Position numbers and translations under genes: made by a program
Notes under the pieces: model-generated
Told to the model about the DNA's origin: nothing
The model's input: only the letters and a program-made list of their open reading frames with translations
The model's database searches: none
Part shown: piece by piece, positions 9,609-18,622 of the stretch
How positions within the stretch are numbered: position 1 is the stretch's first letter
Layout: each line of letters begins with the position of its first letter
DNA from: an uncultured Gammaproteobacteria bacterium
GTDB lineage: Bacteria; Pseudomonadota; Gammaproteobacteria; GCA-001735895
DNA: 64,000 nucleotides
Assembly: GCA_947260025.1 (NCBI GenBank)
Contig: CAMYON010000002.1
Span: forward strand, 3,714-67,713
Direction: 5' to 3'

Positions 9609-10329
9609 AAACCTGGCGCAGTTAAGTAAATTTCACCTGCAGGCGCGTGACGGCGAGATCGGCCGCCTGAAAGAAATTTTTTTCGATGACGAGCACTGGG
9701 CGGTACGGTACTTCGTCGTTCATACCGGCAACTGGCTGTTGGGCAGGGATGTCCTGATCCCGCCGTCGGCGATAACTGCCGTCGCCGAAGAGGAAGAATT
9801 ACTGCACGTGGATCTGACGCGGGAGCAAATCGAGAACTGCCCGGATGTCGATACTTCGCTGCCCATCTCGCGACATTACGAAAACGACTACTACGGCTAC
9901 TATGGGCTGCAGCCTTACTGGCTGCATAATCCATTGCCGGAAGACATCCCCGAACCGCGCCCGGCACCGCCGGAACTGCAGCCGCGCGAGCCGGATCAAC
10001 CGCATCTACGCAGTAGTGAAGCGGTTACCGGTTATCACATACATGCCCAGGATGGAGAGATCGGCCACGTCGAGGATTTCATCCTCGACGATGACGACTG
10101 GACGGTCCGTTACCTGGAGATCAACACCCACAAATGGCGGCCCGGCAAGCACGTGCTGGTTGCCCCCATCTGGATTCATTCGATCGACTGGCGCAGCAAA
10201 GAGGTAATCGTCAACCTGAACCGTCAGCCAATCGAATCTGCGCCGGTGTATGACAGGACAAGACTGATCAGCAAGGATTACGAGCTGTCGCTCTACAAAC
10301 ACTACGGCATGGCCACTAGCCCGAAGTAA
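9595..10329 (+). CDS. Tandem double PRC-barrel domain protein
   Basis: Two homologous ~75-aa units: HLQARDGEIGRLKEIFFDDEHWAVRYFVVHTGNWLLGRDVLIP and HIHAQDGEIGHVEDFILDDDDWTVRYLEINTHKWRPGKHVLVAP. The start overlaps the ftsH stop (ATG at 9595 or 9580), so the two genes are translationally coupled. Confidence 0.7.
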   Translation: MRQLRNLAQLSKFHLQARDGEIGRLKEIFFDDEHWAVRYFVVHTGNWLLGRDVLIPPSAITAVAEEEELLHVDLTREQIENCPDVDTSLPISRHYENDYYGYYGLQPYWLHNPLPEDIPEPRPAPPELQPREPDQPHLRSSEAVTGYHIHAQDGEIGHVEDFILDDDDWTVRYLEINTHKWRPGKHVLVAPIWIHSIDWRSKEVIVNLNRQPIESAPVYDRTRLISKDYELSLYKHYGMATSPK

Positions 10330-10348
10330 CGGACCAACAGGAAGACTA

Positions 10349-11011
10349 GTGGAGTTTGATCGCCAACGGCGCCAGATGATAGCCGATATCGAAGCGGGGG
10401 TGGCCTTTACCCGCAATCTGATTGGCAAGGACCGACTCGATAATCGAGTGATGACCGCGATGCGCCAGGTGCCGCGTGAAAAATTCGTGCCGCGTGACCT
10501 GCGCTACGCTGCCTTTCGGGACGGCGCCCTGCCGGTCGGCCACGGGCAAACCATTTCACAGCCCTACATTGTCGCCCTGATGACAGACATGCTGGAGCTG
10601 ACGGAAGACAGTATCGTGCTCGAAATCGGTACCGGAACCGGTTACCAGGCGGCGATTCTTGCCTGCCTGGCGAGCCAGGTTTACAGCATCGAGAGAATCG
10701 CGGCGTTGGCCGAGGCGGCGCGACAGCGGCTGGCGGATATGGGCTACGATAATATCGAAATTAGCTGTGGCAACGGCTATCAGGGCTGGCCGGAAAAGGC
10801 GCCCTTCGACGCCATCGTCGTGACCGCGGCCGCGCCGTCTATCCCGCCCGCCCTGCTCGAGCAGCTCAAACCCGGCGGTCGCATGATCATACCTATCGGC
10901 CTGCCCGCCCGGCACCAGGAATTGATGCTGGTAACCAGGGACAAGCTCGGCGAAACGCATACCAGCAGCCTGCTGGCGGTCGCATTTGTGCCCATGGTCG
11001 ACGACTACTAG
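10349..11011 (+). CDS. pcm: Protein-L-isoaspartate O-methyltransferase
   Basis: ...GQTISQPYIVALMTDMLEL...LEIGTGTGYQAAILA...FDAIVVTAAAP... matches E. coli Pcm along its length. Confidence 0.9.
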   Translation: MEFDRQRRQMIADIEAGVAFTRNLIGKDRLDNRVMTAMRQVPREKFVPRDLRYAAFRDGALPVGHGQTISQPYIVALMTDMLELTEDSIVLEIGTGTGYQAAILACLASQVYSIERIAALAEAARQRLADMGYDNIEISCGNGYQGWPEKAPFDAIVVTAAAPSIPPALLEQLKPGGRMIIPIGLPARHQELMLVTRDKLGETHTSSLLAVAFVPMVDDY

Positions 11012-11015
11012 GGTA

Positions 11016-12860
11016 TCAACCGCTCTCCCGCTCGAGGTTGCAACATCCGGCTTCCAGTTCGTTCATCGATTGCGCATCGCTGGTGGTGAGTATACTGCCG
11101 GTGACCTCGTTGGGACGAAAACTGGTACAACCTTTCAGGCCCAGGCGGTAAGCCTGCTGGTAAATATCCTTGAAAGCATCGAACTCGTAATCGACCGGCA
11201 CGTTGATAGTCTTGGAAATGGCGCTGTCGACATAGGGTTGCAGGGCCGCCTGCATTTCGAGGTGTTGCCGCGGCGTCAGTGCAGGCGCGGTCACGAAGTA
11301 TCCGGGCAGTGCTTCATCGGGGTGGGATTGTCGCCACAGTCGCCAGGCATAATCGCTGGCATCATGCAGCTGATATTCTCCATCCGCGCCGCGGACCCGG
11401 CGTTGCGACTGGAACGCGAATACCGGTTCGATACCGCTGGAAACGTTATTGGCGAACAGGCTAATCGTGCCCGCGGGTGCGATCGCGATCAGGTGGCTGT
11501 TCCGAATGCCGTGATCGAGTATGCCCTGCTGGATGTCCTGCGGCAGGCCTTGCACGTAACGCGATGCGGCAAAGGCATCGCGGTCGTAAAACGGAAAAGC
11601 GCCACTGGCCTTTGCCAGCGTCACCGATTCGCGGTAGGCGCTATCCCGCATCAAACGCATGACCTGCGCCGCCAGTTCGCGGGCGGGCTCATCGGCATAG
11701 TGCAGACCCAGCATGATCAGGGTATCCGCGAGTCCGGTAATACCGAGACCAATGCGGCGCGTGCCCCGCGCCTGTTCAGCCTGCGAATCGAGCGGAAAGC
11801 GCGACAAATCGATGATGTGATTGAGCATGCGCAGCGCTATGCGAACCGTCGATTCCAGCGCGGCAAAGTCCAGCCTGGACGCACTCGTAAACGGAGACTG
11901 CACCAGGCGCGTCAGGTTAACCGAACCCAGGTTACAGGCGCCATAGGGTGGCAACGGAATTTCACCGCAGGGATTGGTGGCGCTGATGTTTTCGCGGTAA
12001 TACAGATTATTTTGCTGGTTGATGCGGTCAACGAAAAGCACCCCGGGCTCGGCCATATCGTAGGTGGCCCGCATGATACGCTGCCACAGCACGCGCGCGC
12101 CGACTTCCCTGATCACCACGCAGGGCACCACTTCACGGCTGCCGGACCAGCGACGCTGAATAATCTCACGGCCATCGGACCGCGCCAAATCACCGAAGGC
12201 GCTCGCCGGAAACACCAGCGGCCAGGGTAAATCGTCCTGTACCGCCTGCATGAAGTCATCGGTAACCAACACCGACAGGTTGAAATTGCGCAGTTCGCGC
12301 GGGTCCCGCTTGGCGTCGACGAAATCTTCGATATCCGGGTGATCGCAGCGCAGGGTAGCCATCATCGCGCCTCGACGGTAGGCGCTGGATACCAGCGTGG
12401 CGCACATGCTGTCCCAGACCCGCATAAACGATACCGGACCCGATGCCATGCTGCCCACACGCCTGGCAACACTGCCGGCCGGCCGTAGCGTGGAAAAATC
12501 GTAACCCACGCCGCCGCCCTGCTGCATGGTCAGCGTACCTTCCTTGAGGCTGTCACAGATACCCTCCATGGAATCCTCGATCCGACCCATGACGAAACAA
12601 TTGAACAGGGTGACGTCAAAATCAGTCCCGGTACCCGCCAGAATGCGTCCGCCGGGAAGAAAACTGAAATCGCTTAGAATCGAGTAAAAGCGCTCTCGCC
12701 AGCCGGCCTGATCGCTTGCTTCCTGGTTCGCGAGTGCATGTGCTACCCGCTGCCAGCTATCTTCTACCGATTGATCGACCGGATACCCCGCTTTCAGGTA
12801 GCAATAGCGGCTATTCCAGATCTGGCGGGAGATTTCGATCTCGAAGGGATCGGTTTTCAT
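11016..12860 (-). CDS. nrdJ: Adenosylcobalamin-dependent ribonucleoside-diphosphate reductase (class II RNR, monomeric NrdJ type)
   Basis: MKTDPFEIEISRQIW..., PCGEIPLPPYGACNLGSVNL active-site region, C-terminal CC redox pair. Start placed at the internal Met (12860). The 30 upstream codons in the ORF track are Arg-rich and non-homologous. Confidence 0.85.
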   Translation of the reverse strand: MKTDPFEIEISRQIWNSRYCYLKAGYPVDQSVEDSWQRVAHALANQEASDQAGWRERFYSILSDFSFLPGGRILAGTGTDFDVTLFNCFVMGRIEDSMEGICDSLKEGTLTMQQGGGVGYDFSTLRPAGSVARRVGSMASGPVSFMRVWDSMCATLVSSAYRRGAMMATLRCDHPDIEDFVDAKRDPRELRNFNLSVLVTDDFMQAVQDDLPWPLVFPASAFGDLARSDGREIIQRRWSGSREVVPCVVIREVGARVLWQRIMRATYDMAEPGVLFVDRINQQNNLYYRENISATNPCGEIPLPPYGACNLGSVNLTRLVQSPFTSASRLDFAALESTVRIALRMLNHIIDLSRFPLDSQAEQARGTRRIGLGITGLADTLIMLGLHYADEPARELAAQVMRLMRDSAYRESVTLAKASGAFPFYDRDAFAASRYVQGLPQDIQQGILDHGIRNSHLIAIAPAGTISLFANNVSSGIEPVFAFQSQRRVRGADGEYQLHDASDYAWRLWRQSHPDEALPGYFVTAPALTPRQHLEMQAALQPYVDSAISKTINVPVDYEFDAFKDIYQQAYRLGLKGCTSFRPNEVTGSILTTSDAQSMNELEAGCCNLERESG

Positions 12861-13320
12861 GCCACTTCCGCGCAGCGATGCCGGCTCAGCCTGGCGTTTG
12901 CGGCGCCACCGCGGAGCTCGTCGGGAGTGGGAATCGTCCAAAGCCCGCAACCTGATTGTTGCGGCTGGTCGAGCCTGCCCCTCCGGCGTGACGACAGCGG
13001 GTTACAGCAGCCGCGCGAACCGAAATGTCCGCGCGAGTAGTCGTAATGCCAGCCAGGTGTGCCGCTACTATTCTTCATCGATCCGATACCTCGATCGAGA
13101 ATAGCAAGACCGGGGGTACAAAACTTGATACATATCAGCTCGGCGCCTGGATCACTGCCAGCACGGAAGGCTTACAGTCCAGGTTGGCAGCCGCCTGACG
13201 ACGCCGGGTATGAGCCATTGAATTTTTTCGCGTTTAAGCGCTGAATTCGCTAACATTGCAACGCCGGCACAAGGACAACGATTCGAATTTTGCATTTTCC
13301 GCTTCCCAGGCCCCTTATAA

Positions 13321-14100
13321 ATGATCCGCGCTGAAGACGTCTCCAAGCACTTTGGCGGCTTGAAGGCAGTCGATCATGTCTCGCTCGAAATTGCCGAGGG
13401 TTCCATCACCGGCCTGATCGGTCCCAACGGGGCTGGCAAAACCACCCTGTTCAACACCATCGCCGGACTCTACGCCCCGACCGGGGGCCGGATATTTCTC
13501 GATGACGAGGATATTACCGGGCTGAAGCCGCATCAGTTATTCAACAAGGGATTGCTGCGCACGTTTCAGATTGCGCACGAATTCACGCGCCTGTCGGTTG
13601 TCGAGAACCTGATGATGGTACCCGCCCAGCAATCCGGCGAAAACCTGGTCAACGCCTGGTTTCGCCGCGGCCAGGTGGCCGCGGAAGAAGCCAGAATTTA
13701 CCAACGCGCGCAGGAAGTCATCGCTTTTCTGAACATGGGTCACCTCGCCGACGAAATCGCCGGCAACCTGTCCGGCGGGCAAAAGAAACTGCTCGAGCTG
13801 GGGCGTACGATGATGGTGGACGCCAAGATCGTCTTCCTGGACGAGGTCGGTGCCGGCGTCAATCGCACACTGTTGCGCGAAATCGGTGATGCAATCATCA
13901 AGCTCAACCAGGAGAAAAACTATACCTTCTGCATGATCGAACACGACATGGATTTCATCGCACGCCTGTGTGACCCGGTTATTTGCATGGCCGAAGGCAA
14001 GGTGCTGGCGCAGGGCACCGCCGAGGAAGTCAAGAATAACGAGGAGGTGATCGAGGCTTACCTCGGGCGCGGCCTCAAGAACAAGGAGGCCGCGGTATGA
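13321..14100 (+). CDS. livG: Branched-chain amino acid ABC transporter ATP-binding protein (LivG-like)
   Basis: Walker A GPNGAGKTT, signature LSGGQKKLLELGR, Walker B IVFLDEVGAG. LivG-type C-terminal extension. Confidence 0.85.
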   Translation: MIRAEDVSKHFGGLKAVDHVSLEIAEGSITGLIGPNGAGKTTLFNTIAGLYAPTGGRIFLDDEDITGLKPHQLFNKGLLRTFQIAHEFTRLSVVENLMMVPAQQSGENLVNAWFRRGQVAAEEARIYQRAQEVIAFLNMGHLADEIAGNLSGGQKKLLELGRTMMVDAKIVFLDEVGAGVNRTLLREIGDAIIKLNQEKNYTFCMIEHDMDFIARLCDPVICMAEGKVLAQGTAEEVKNNEEVIEAYLGRGLKNKEAAV

Positions 14101-14801
14101 GTTTTCTCAGCGGCGTCGATATGATCGGCGGGTACGGCGGCGCCGATATCCTGCAAGGCTGCACCATCGAGGTCAACGAAGGCGAGATTGCGGTCATCGT
14201 CGGACCCAACGGCGCCGGCAAGTCGACCGCGATGAAGGCCCTGCTCGGCATGCTGGAGCTGAAACAGGGCGACATCAGGTTTCGCGGCAAGGATATTTCC
14301 GGGCTGACGCCGCAGGATCGCATCGCCGAGGGCATTGCCTTCGTGCCTCAAACCAACAATGTGTTTACCAGCATGACGGTTTACGAAAACCTCGAAATGG
14401 GGGCTTTCCTGCGTGACGATGATATCAGCACGACCGTCGAGCAAATCTACGAACTGTTTCCCATCCTGGCGGAGAAAAGGGATCAGCTCGCCGGTGAGCT
14501 CTCCGGCGGTCAGCGTCAGCAGGTCGCGGTTGCGCGTGCCCTGATGTCGCAGCCCGAGGTATTGATGCTGGACGAACCAACCGCGGGGGTTTCGCCGATC
14601 GTCATGGACGAGCTTTTCGATCGCATACTCGAGGTGCGCCAGACCGGCGTCGCGATTCTGATGGTCGAACAGAATGCCCGCCAGGCGCTGCATATCGCCG
14701 ACCGCGGCTTCGTGCTGGTAATCGGAGAAAACCGGCATACCGATACCGGGGCCGCGTTACTGGCGGATCCCGAAGTGCGACGCTCCTTCCTCGGTGGCTG
14801 A
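14097..14801 (+). CDS. livF: Branched-chain amino acid ABC transporter ATP-binding protein (LivF-like)
   Basis: GPNGAGKST, LSGGQRQQVAVARAL, LMLDEPTAG. Overlaps the livG stop. Confidence 0.85.
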   Translation: MSFLSGVDMIGGYGGADILQGCTIEVNEGEIAVIVGPNGAGKSTAMKALLGMLELKQGDIRFRGKDISGLTPQDRIAEGIAFVPQTNNVFTSMTVYENLEMGAFLRDDDISTTVEQIYELFPILAEKRDQLAGELSGGQRQQVAVARALMSQPEVLMLDEPTAGVSPIVMDELFDRILEVRQTGVAILMVEQNARQALHIADRGFVLVIGENRHTDTGAALLADPEVRRSFLGG

Positions 14802-15824
14802 ATGGAAGCGCTAACCGATCTTGTCAGCGCGCTGGTATTGATACTCAATTTCATCGTGGTTCCGGGGCTGTCTTACGGCTCGCAGCTGGCGCTGGGCGCG
14901 CTCGGCATTACCCTGGTGTTCGGCATCCTGCGTTTTGCCAACTTTGCGCACGGCGACACCATGGCCTTCGGTACGATGATTACCATCCTGGTGACCTGGT
15001 GGCTGCAGGCGCAGGGCGTTAGCCTCGGCCCCCTGCCTACCGCCCTGCTGGCCTTGCCGATCGGGATACTGTTTACCGTGCTGTTGCTGGTGATTACCGA
15101 TAAAACCGTGTATCGCTACTATCGTCATCACAAGGCGGTGCCGGTGACCTTCATGATCGCCTCGATGGGAGTCATGTTCATGACCAACGGTATCGTGCGC
15201 TTCGTCATCGGCCCCAACGACCAGCGCTTTCTCGACGGCGAGCGTTTTATCGTGCGAGCACGTGATTTCAAGGCCATGACCGGCCTCAGTGAGGGCCTCA
15301 GTATCAAGGTTTCGCAAGGGTTAACCATTGTTATCGCGATCGTACTGGTGGCGCTGCTGTTCTGGTTCCTGCAAAAAACGCGCACCGGCAAGGCGATGCG
15401 TGCCTATTCGGACAATGAAGATCTCGCGCTGTTGTCCGGGGTCGATCCCGACCGGGTGGTGCTGGTAACCTGGATTATTACCGCCATCCTGGCCACGATC
15501 GCCGGCACGCTTTACGGCCTGGACAAGAGCTTCAAGCCTTTCACCTACCTGCAACTGTTGCTACCCATGTTCGCAGCCGCGATCGTCGGCGGCATCGGCA
15601 ATCCGATCGGCGCAATCCTGGGGGGTTATGTCATCGCCTTCTCGGAAGTCATGGTGACCTACGCCTATAAAAAGGTCTTTATCTACCTGTTACCGCAAAG
15701 CCTCGAACCCGAGGGCCTGTTGCAACTGCTTTCCACCGATTACAAATTCGCGGTGTCCTTCGTCATCCTGGTGCTGGTGCTGCTGGTGAGGCCCACCGGG
15801 ATACTGCGGGGCAAGGTGTTATGA
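14802..15824 (+). CDS. livH: Branched-chain amino acid ABC transporter permease (LivH-like)
   Basis: 340-aa polytopic permease of the LivH family. Confidence 0.8.
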   Translation: MEALTDLVSALVLILNFIVVPGLSYGSQLALGALGITLVFGILRFANFAHGDTMAFGTMITILVTWWLQAQGVSLGPLPTALLALPIGILFTVLLLVITDKTVYRYYRHHKAVPVTFMIASMGVMFMTNGIVRFVIGPNDQRFLDGERFIVRARDFKAMTGLSEGLSIKVSQGLTIVIAIVLVALLFWFLQKTRTGKAMRAYSDNEDLALLSGVDPDRVVLVTWIITAILATIAGTLYGLDKSFKPFTYLQLLLPMFAAAIVGGIGNPIGAILGGYVIAFSEVMVTYAYKKVFIYLLPQSLEPEGLLQLLSTDYKFAVSFVILVLVLLVRPTGILRGKVL

Positions 15825-17188
15825 GCAATACGCGCAAGACCCAGCTTGCCTTTGCCACGATTGGCGTGCTGTTGTTGATCATCGGGTTCGCCCAGTCCTG
15901 GAACGTTTCGCTGGGCATCCTCAACCTGTGCCTGATCTCAGCGGTCATGGCGCTCGGCGTCAACATGCAATGGGGTTATGCCGGGCTGCTCAATGTTGGG
16001 GTCATGGGGTTCGCCGCGCTCGGCGGCGTGAGCGCGGTGCTGGTGTCGCAGGCGCCGGTGGTCGAAGCCTGGAACGCCAGCTGGGGGCGCATGCTGGTTG
16101 CAGCAATCTGTTTTGCCGGCACCGTTGCGGCAGCGGTTTTCACTTATCGCAAACTGGCGTCGGGGCGCAACCGTAACCTGGCACTGACGCTGGTCATCTT
16201 GGTCGGCCTTGCCCTGACCCGGATATTTCTCGATCCGGCTATTTCATCGATCGAAGCCATCGAGCCCGCCAAGACCGGCTTCCTCGGCGGTATGGGCCTG
16301 CCGATCATCCTGTCCTGGATCTTTGGCGGGGTCGTCGCCGCCGGCATCGCCTGGTGTATCGGCAAGGTAGCGCTGGGATTGCGCGCCGACTACCTCGCGA
16401 TTGCGACCCTCGGTATTTCGGAGATCATCATTGCCGTACTCAAGAATGAAGACTGGTTGACGCGCGGGGTCAAGAACGTAACCGGTTTATCACGCCCGGT
16501 ACCCTATGAAATCGATTTACAGACCAGCCCCTGGTTTATCGACTTGATGGGCTGGTGGCACGGCTCGGTGCTCGACGGGCTGGCAACCGACGCGCGACAG
16601 CAGGCGTTGAAACAGTTCGTCATCGACGGCTCGAGCATCTTCGTCAAGCTCTGCTACACCGGACTGTTCGCCGCGGTTCTGCTCATCGTCCTGTGGCTCA
16701 GCGTGCGGGCGCTGAACTCGCCCTGGGGGCGCATGATGCGCGCGATTCGCGACAACGAGGTCGCGGCTGGCGCGATGGGCAAGGACGTCACGCGGCGTCA
16801 TCTCGAGATCTTTGTTATCGGTTCCGCGGTCATCGGCGTCGCCGGCGCCATGCTGACCACGCTGGACGGGCAATTCACGCCGACGTCCTACCAGCCGCTG
16901 CGCTTCACTTTTCTGATCTGGGTGATGGTGATCGTCGGCGGTTCGGGTAACAACATGGGATCGGTACTGGGCGGCTTCCTGATCTGGCTGGTCTGGATCG
17001 AGGCCGAGCCGGTTGGGGTCTGGCTCATGGAAGTGGGTACCGGCTGGCTGGACGAAAGCAACGCGCTGCGCCTGCACCTGATCGAAAACGCCCAGCACAT
17101 GCGGCTGTTTTTCATGGGACTGGTGTTGCTGCTGGTACTGCGTTTCAGTCCGGGAGGTATCCTGCCCGAGGTCGTCAGGAAGCGATAA
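15821..17188 (+). CDS. livM: Branched-chain amino acid ABC transporter permease (LivM-like)
   Basis: 455-aa polytopic permease of the LivM family. Overlaps the livH stop. Confidence 0.8.
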   Translation: MSNTRKTQLAFATIGVLLLIIGFAQSWNVSLGILNLCLISAVMALGVNMQWGYAGLLNVGVMGFAALGGVSAVLVSQAPVVEAWNASWGRMLVAAICFAGTVAAAVFTYRKLASGRNRNLALTLVILVGLALTRIFLDPAISSIEAIEPAKTGFLGGMGLPIILSWIFGGVVAAGIAWCIGKVALGLRADYLAIATLGISEIIIAVLKNEDWLTRGVKNVTGLSRPVPYEIDLQTSPWFIDLMGWWHGSVLDGLATDARQQALKQFVIDGSSIFVKLCYTGLFAAVLLIVLWLSVRALNSPWGRMMRAIRDNEVAAGAMGKDVTRRHLEIFVIGSAVIGVAGAMLTTLDGQFTPTSYQPLRFTFLIWVMVIVGGSGNNMGSVLGGFLIWLVWIEAEPVGVWLMEVGTGWLDESNALRLHLIENAQHMRLFFMGLVLLLVLRFSPGGILPEVVRKR

Positions 17189-17224
17189 AATAAAGCCCGG
17201 CGTCGCAGTGACGCCGGGCCTTCT
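17187..17224. terminator. Bidirectional rho-independent terminator between the convergent livM and substrate-binding-protein genes
   Basis: Perfect 10-bp stem gcccggcgtc/gacgccgggc with a 5-nt loop. Flanked by aaaataaa on one side, which reads TTTATTTT after the hairpin on the minus strand. Confidence 0.7.
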
Positions 17225-17240
17225 AGCGAAATGTTTGCGC

Positions 17241-18419
17241 TTAGTGGATCTTGATCGTATTCCAGTTGCCGCTGCCGATTTCGAGCTCCTTGTAGGTACC
17301 GAAAACTTCGCCGACTTCGTTGAACTCGACGTTAGTGGCGCCTTCATAGTTCACGTCACCACCCGCGGCGATGATTTTAAGAGCCTTGCCAAGTTCGCCG
17401 GGTCCGACTTTCTTGCCCGGCGCATTCGCTACCATCATCATCTTCGACTGTATCGCCGCGCGATCTGCCGAACCGGCTGCCTGCATCGCCAATACAATCA
17501 ATGCCGCCGCATCGTAAGATTCCGGAACGAAAGGACCGTCCGGGGTAACACCGTTTGCCTTCGCATACTCGGTAAAGGCATCGGCGCCGGAGGCGCCACC
17601 CGGCAGGGTTGCGATCGAGCCGTCGAGGTCCGAACCGATAGCCGCAATCAGCGAATCACCGACCATACCGTCCGCCATCACGAAACTGTCGAAGGCATCG
17701 GCATCGATAGACGCCTGGATGATACCCTTGCCACCCTGGTCGACGTAACCGAATACCGCGAGGTGCTTCGAACCAGAGGCAGACAGCGCTCCGACCTCGG
17801 CTGAATAATCGGCCTTGCCGTCTTCATGCGCCGCGCTGATAGAAATCTTGCCGCCAGTCGTCTTGAAAGCCGCCGCGAAAGAGTCGGCCAGACCCTTGCC
17901 ATAATCATTATTGGTGTAGGTGACCGCGACCTCGCTAATACCCCTGCCCTGCAGCACATTGGCCAGCACCTGGCCCTGGCGCGCGTCGGACGGAGCGGTA
18001 CGATGGAAGAATCCCTTGTCGTTGATAGTCGATAGTGCCGGCGAGGTTGCCGAGGGCGATACCATGACCACGCCGTTGGGTATCGCGACGTTGTTGGCAA
18101 TGGCAGTGGTGACGCCGGAGCAGTCGGCGCCCATGATCGCGACAACACCATCGGCCGTGATCAGGCGCTCGGCGGCCGACGAGGCCGCGGCGGCATCGAT
18201 ACAGGTCGAGTCGGCGCGCACGCCCACAACCGTTTTACCGTCGAGTAAATTACCCGACTTGGAAGCTTCCGCCAGCGCCAGCTCGGCACCGGAAGCCATC
18301 GCCGGGGTCAGGGATTCGATCGGGCCGGTAAAGCCCAGGATAATGCCTATCTTGATGTCCTCAGCCATAACCGGAGCCGACAGGGCCAGCAGGGTTGAAG
18401 CAATTAGAATTTTTTTCAT
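17241..18419 (-). CDS. ABC transporter periplasmic substrate-binding protein (type I PBP, Leu/Ile/Val-binding family)
   Basis: Signal peptide [19 protein letters not shown] followed by [14 protein letters not shown]..., typical of LivJ/K-type binding proteins. Convergent with livGFHM. Confidence 0.75.
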   Translation of the reverse strand: MKKILIASTLLALSAPVMAEDIKIGIILGFTGPIESLTPAMASGAELALAEASKSGNLLDGKTVVGVRADSTCIDAAAASSAAERLITADGVVAIMGADCSGVTTAIANNVAIPNGVVMVSPSATSPALSTINDKGFFHRTAPSDARQGQVLANVLQGRGISEVAVTYTNNDYGKGLADSFAAAFKTTGGKISISAAHEDGKADYSAEVGALSASGSKHLAVFGYVDQGGKGIIQASIDADAFDSFVMADGMVGDSLIAAIGSDLDGSIATLPGGASGADAFTEYAKANGVTPDGPFVPESYDAAALIVLAMQAAGSADRAAIQSKMMMVANAPGKKVGPGELGKALKIIAAGGDVNYEGATNVEFNEVGEVFGTYKELEIGSGNWNTIKIH

Positions 18420-18622
18420 GTGTCACTCTCTCAGATTTGTTTTGGTTTTATCTTGGATTGCGGAATTCAGAGGCTTCCCGCGGGTACCGCGCAATACTAT
18501 CACTGTTTTTCCGGGCATGCATATCGCCCTGGCGGCAGCTCGACCTAAAATGCATTGTTTTTACTGGCCTTTCTGCTCGATTTCAGGCATTTTGCAGAGT
18601 TTTCCGAAACCACCCGATACAG

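Noticed and set aside
10986-12230. 414-aa plus-strand ORF antisense to nrdJ
   Set aside because: It lies entirely within the NrdJ coding region on the opposite strand. The translation is low complexity with no homology.
12857-13078. 73-aa minus-strand ORF immediately upstream of nrdJ
   Set aside because: Arg/Gly/Cys-rich with no homology. It ends exactly at the nrdJ start. More plausibly non-coding leader. A riboswitch or NrdR-box idea is recorded as a low-confidence finding rather than a feature, because I could not match the consensus by eye.
13079-13320. Looked for a tRNA gene in the nrdJ/livG intergenic region (contains ttcgaat)
   Set aside because: No cloverleaf-compatible flanking sequence (no GTGGC...GGTTCGAATCC context, no acceptor-stem complementarity). 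The match is fortuitous.
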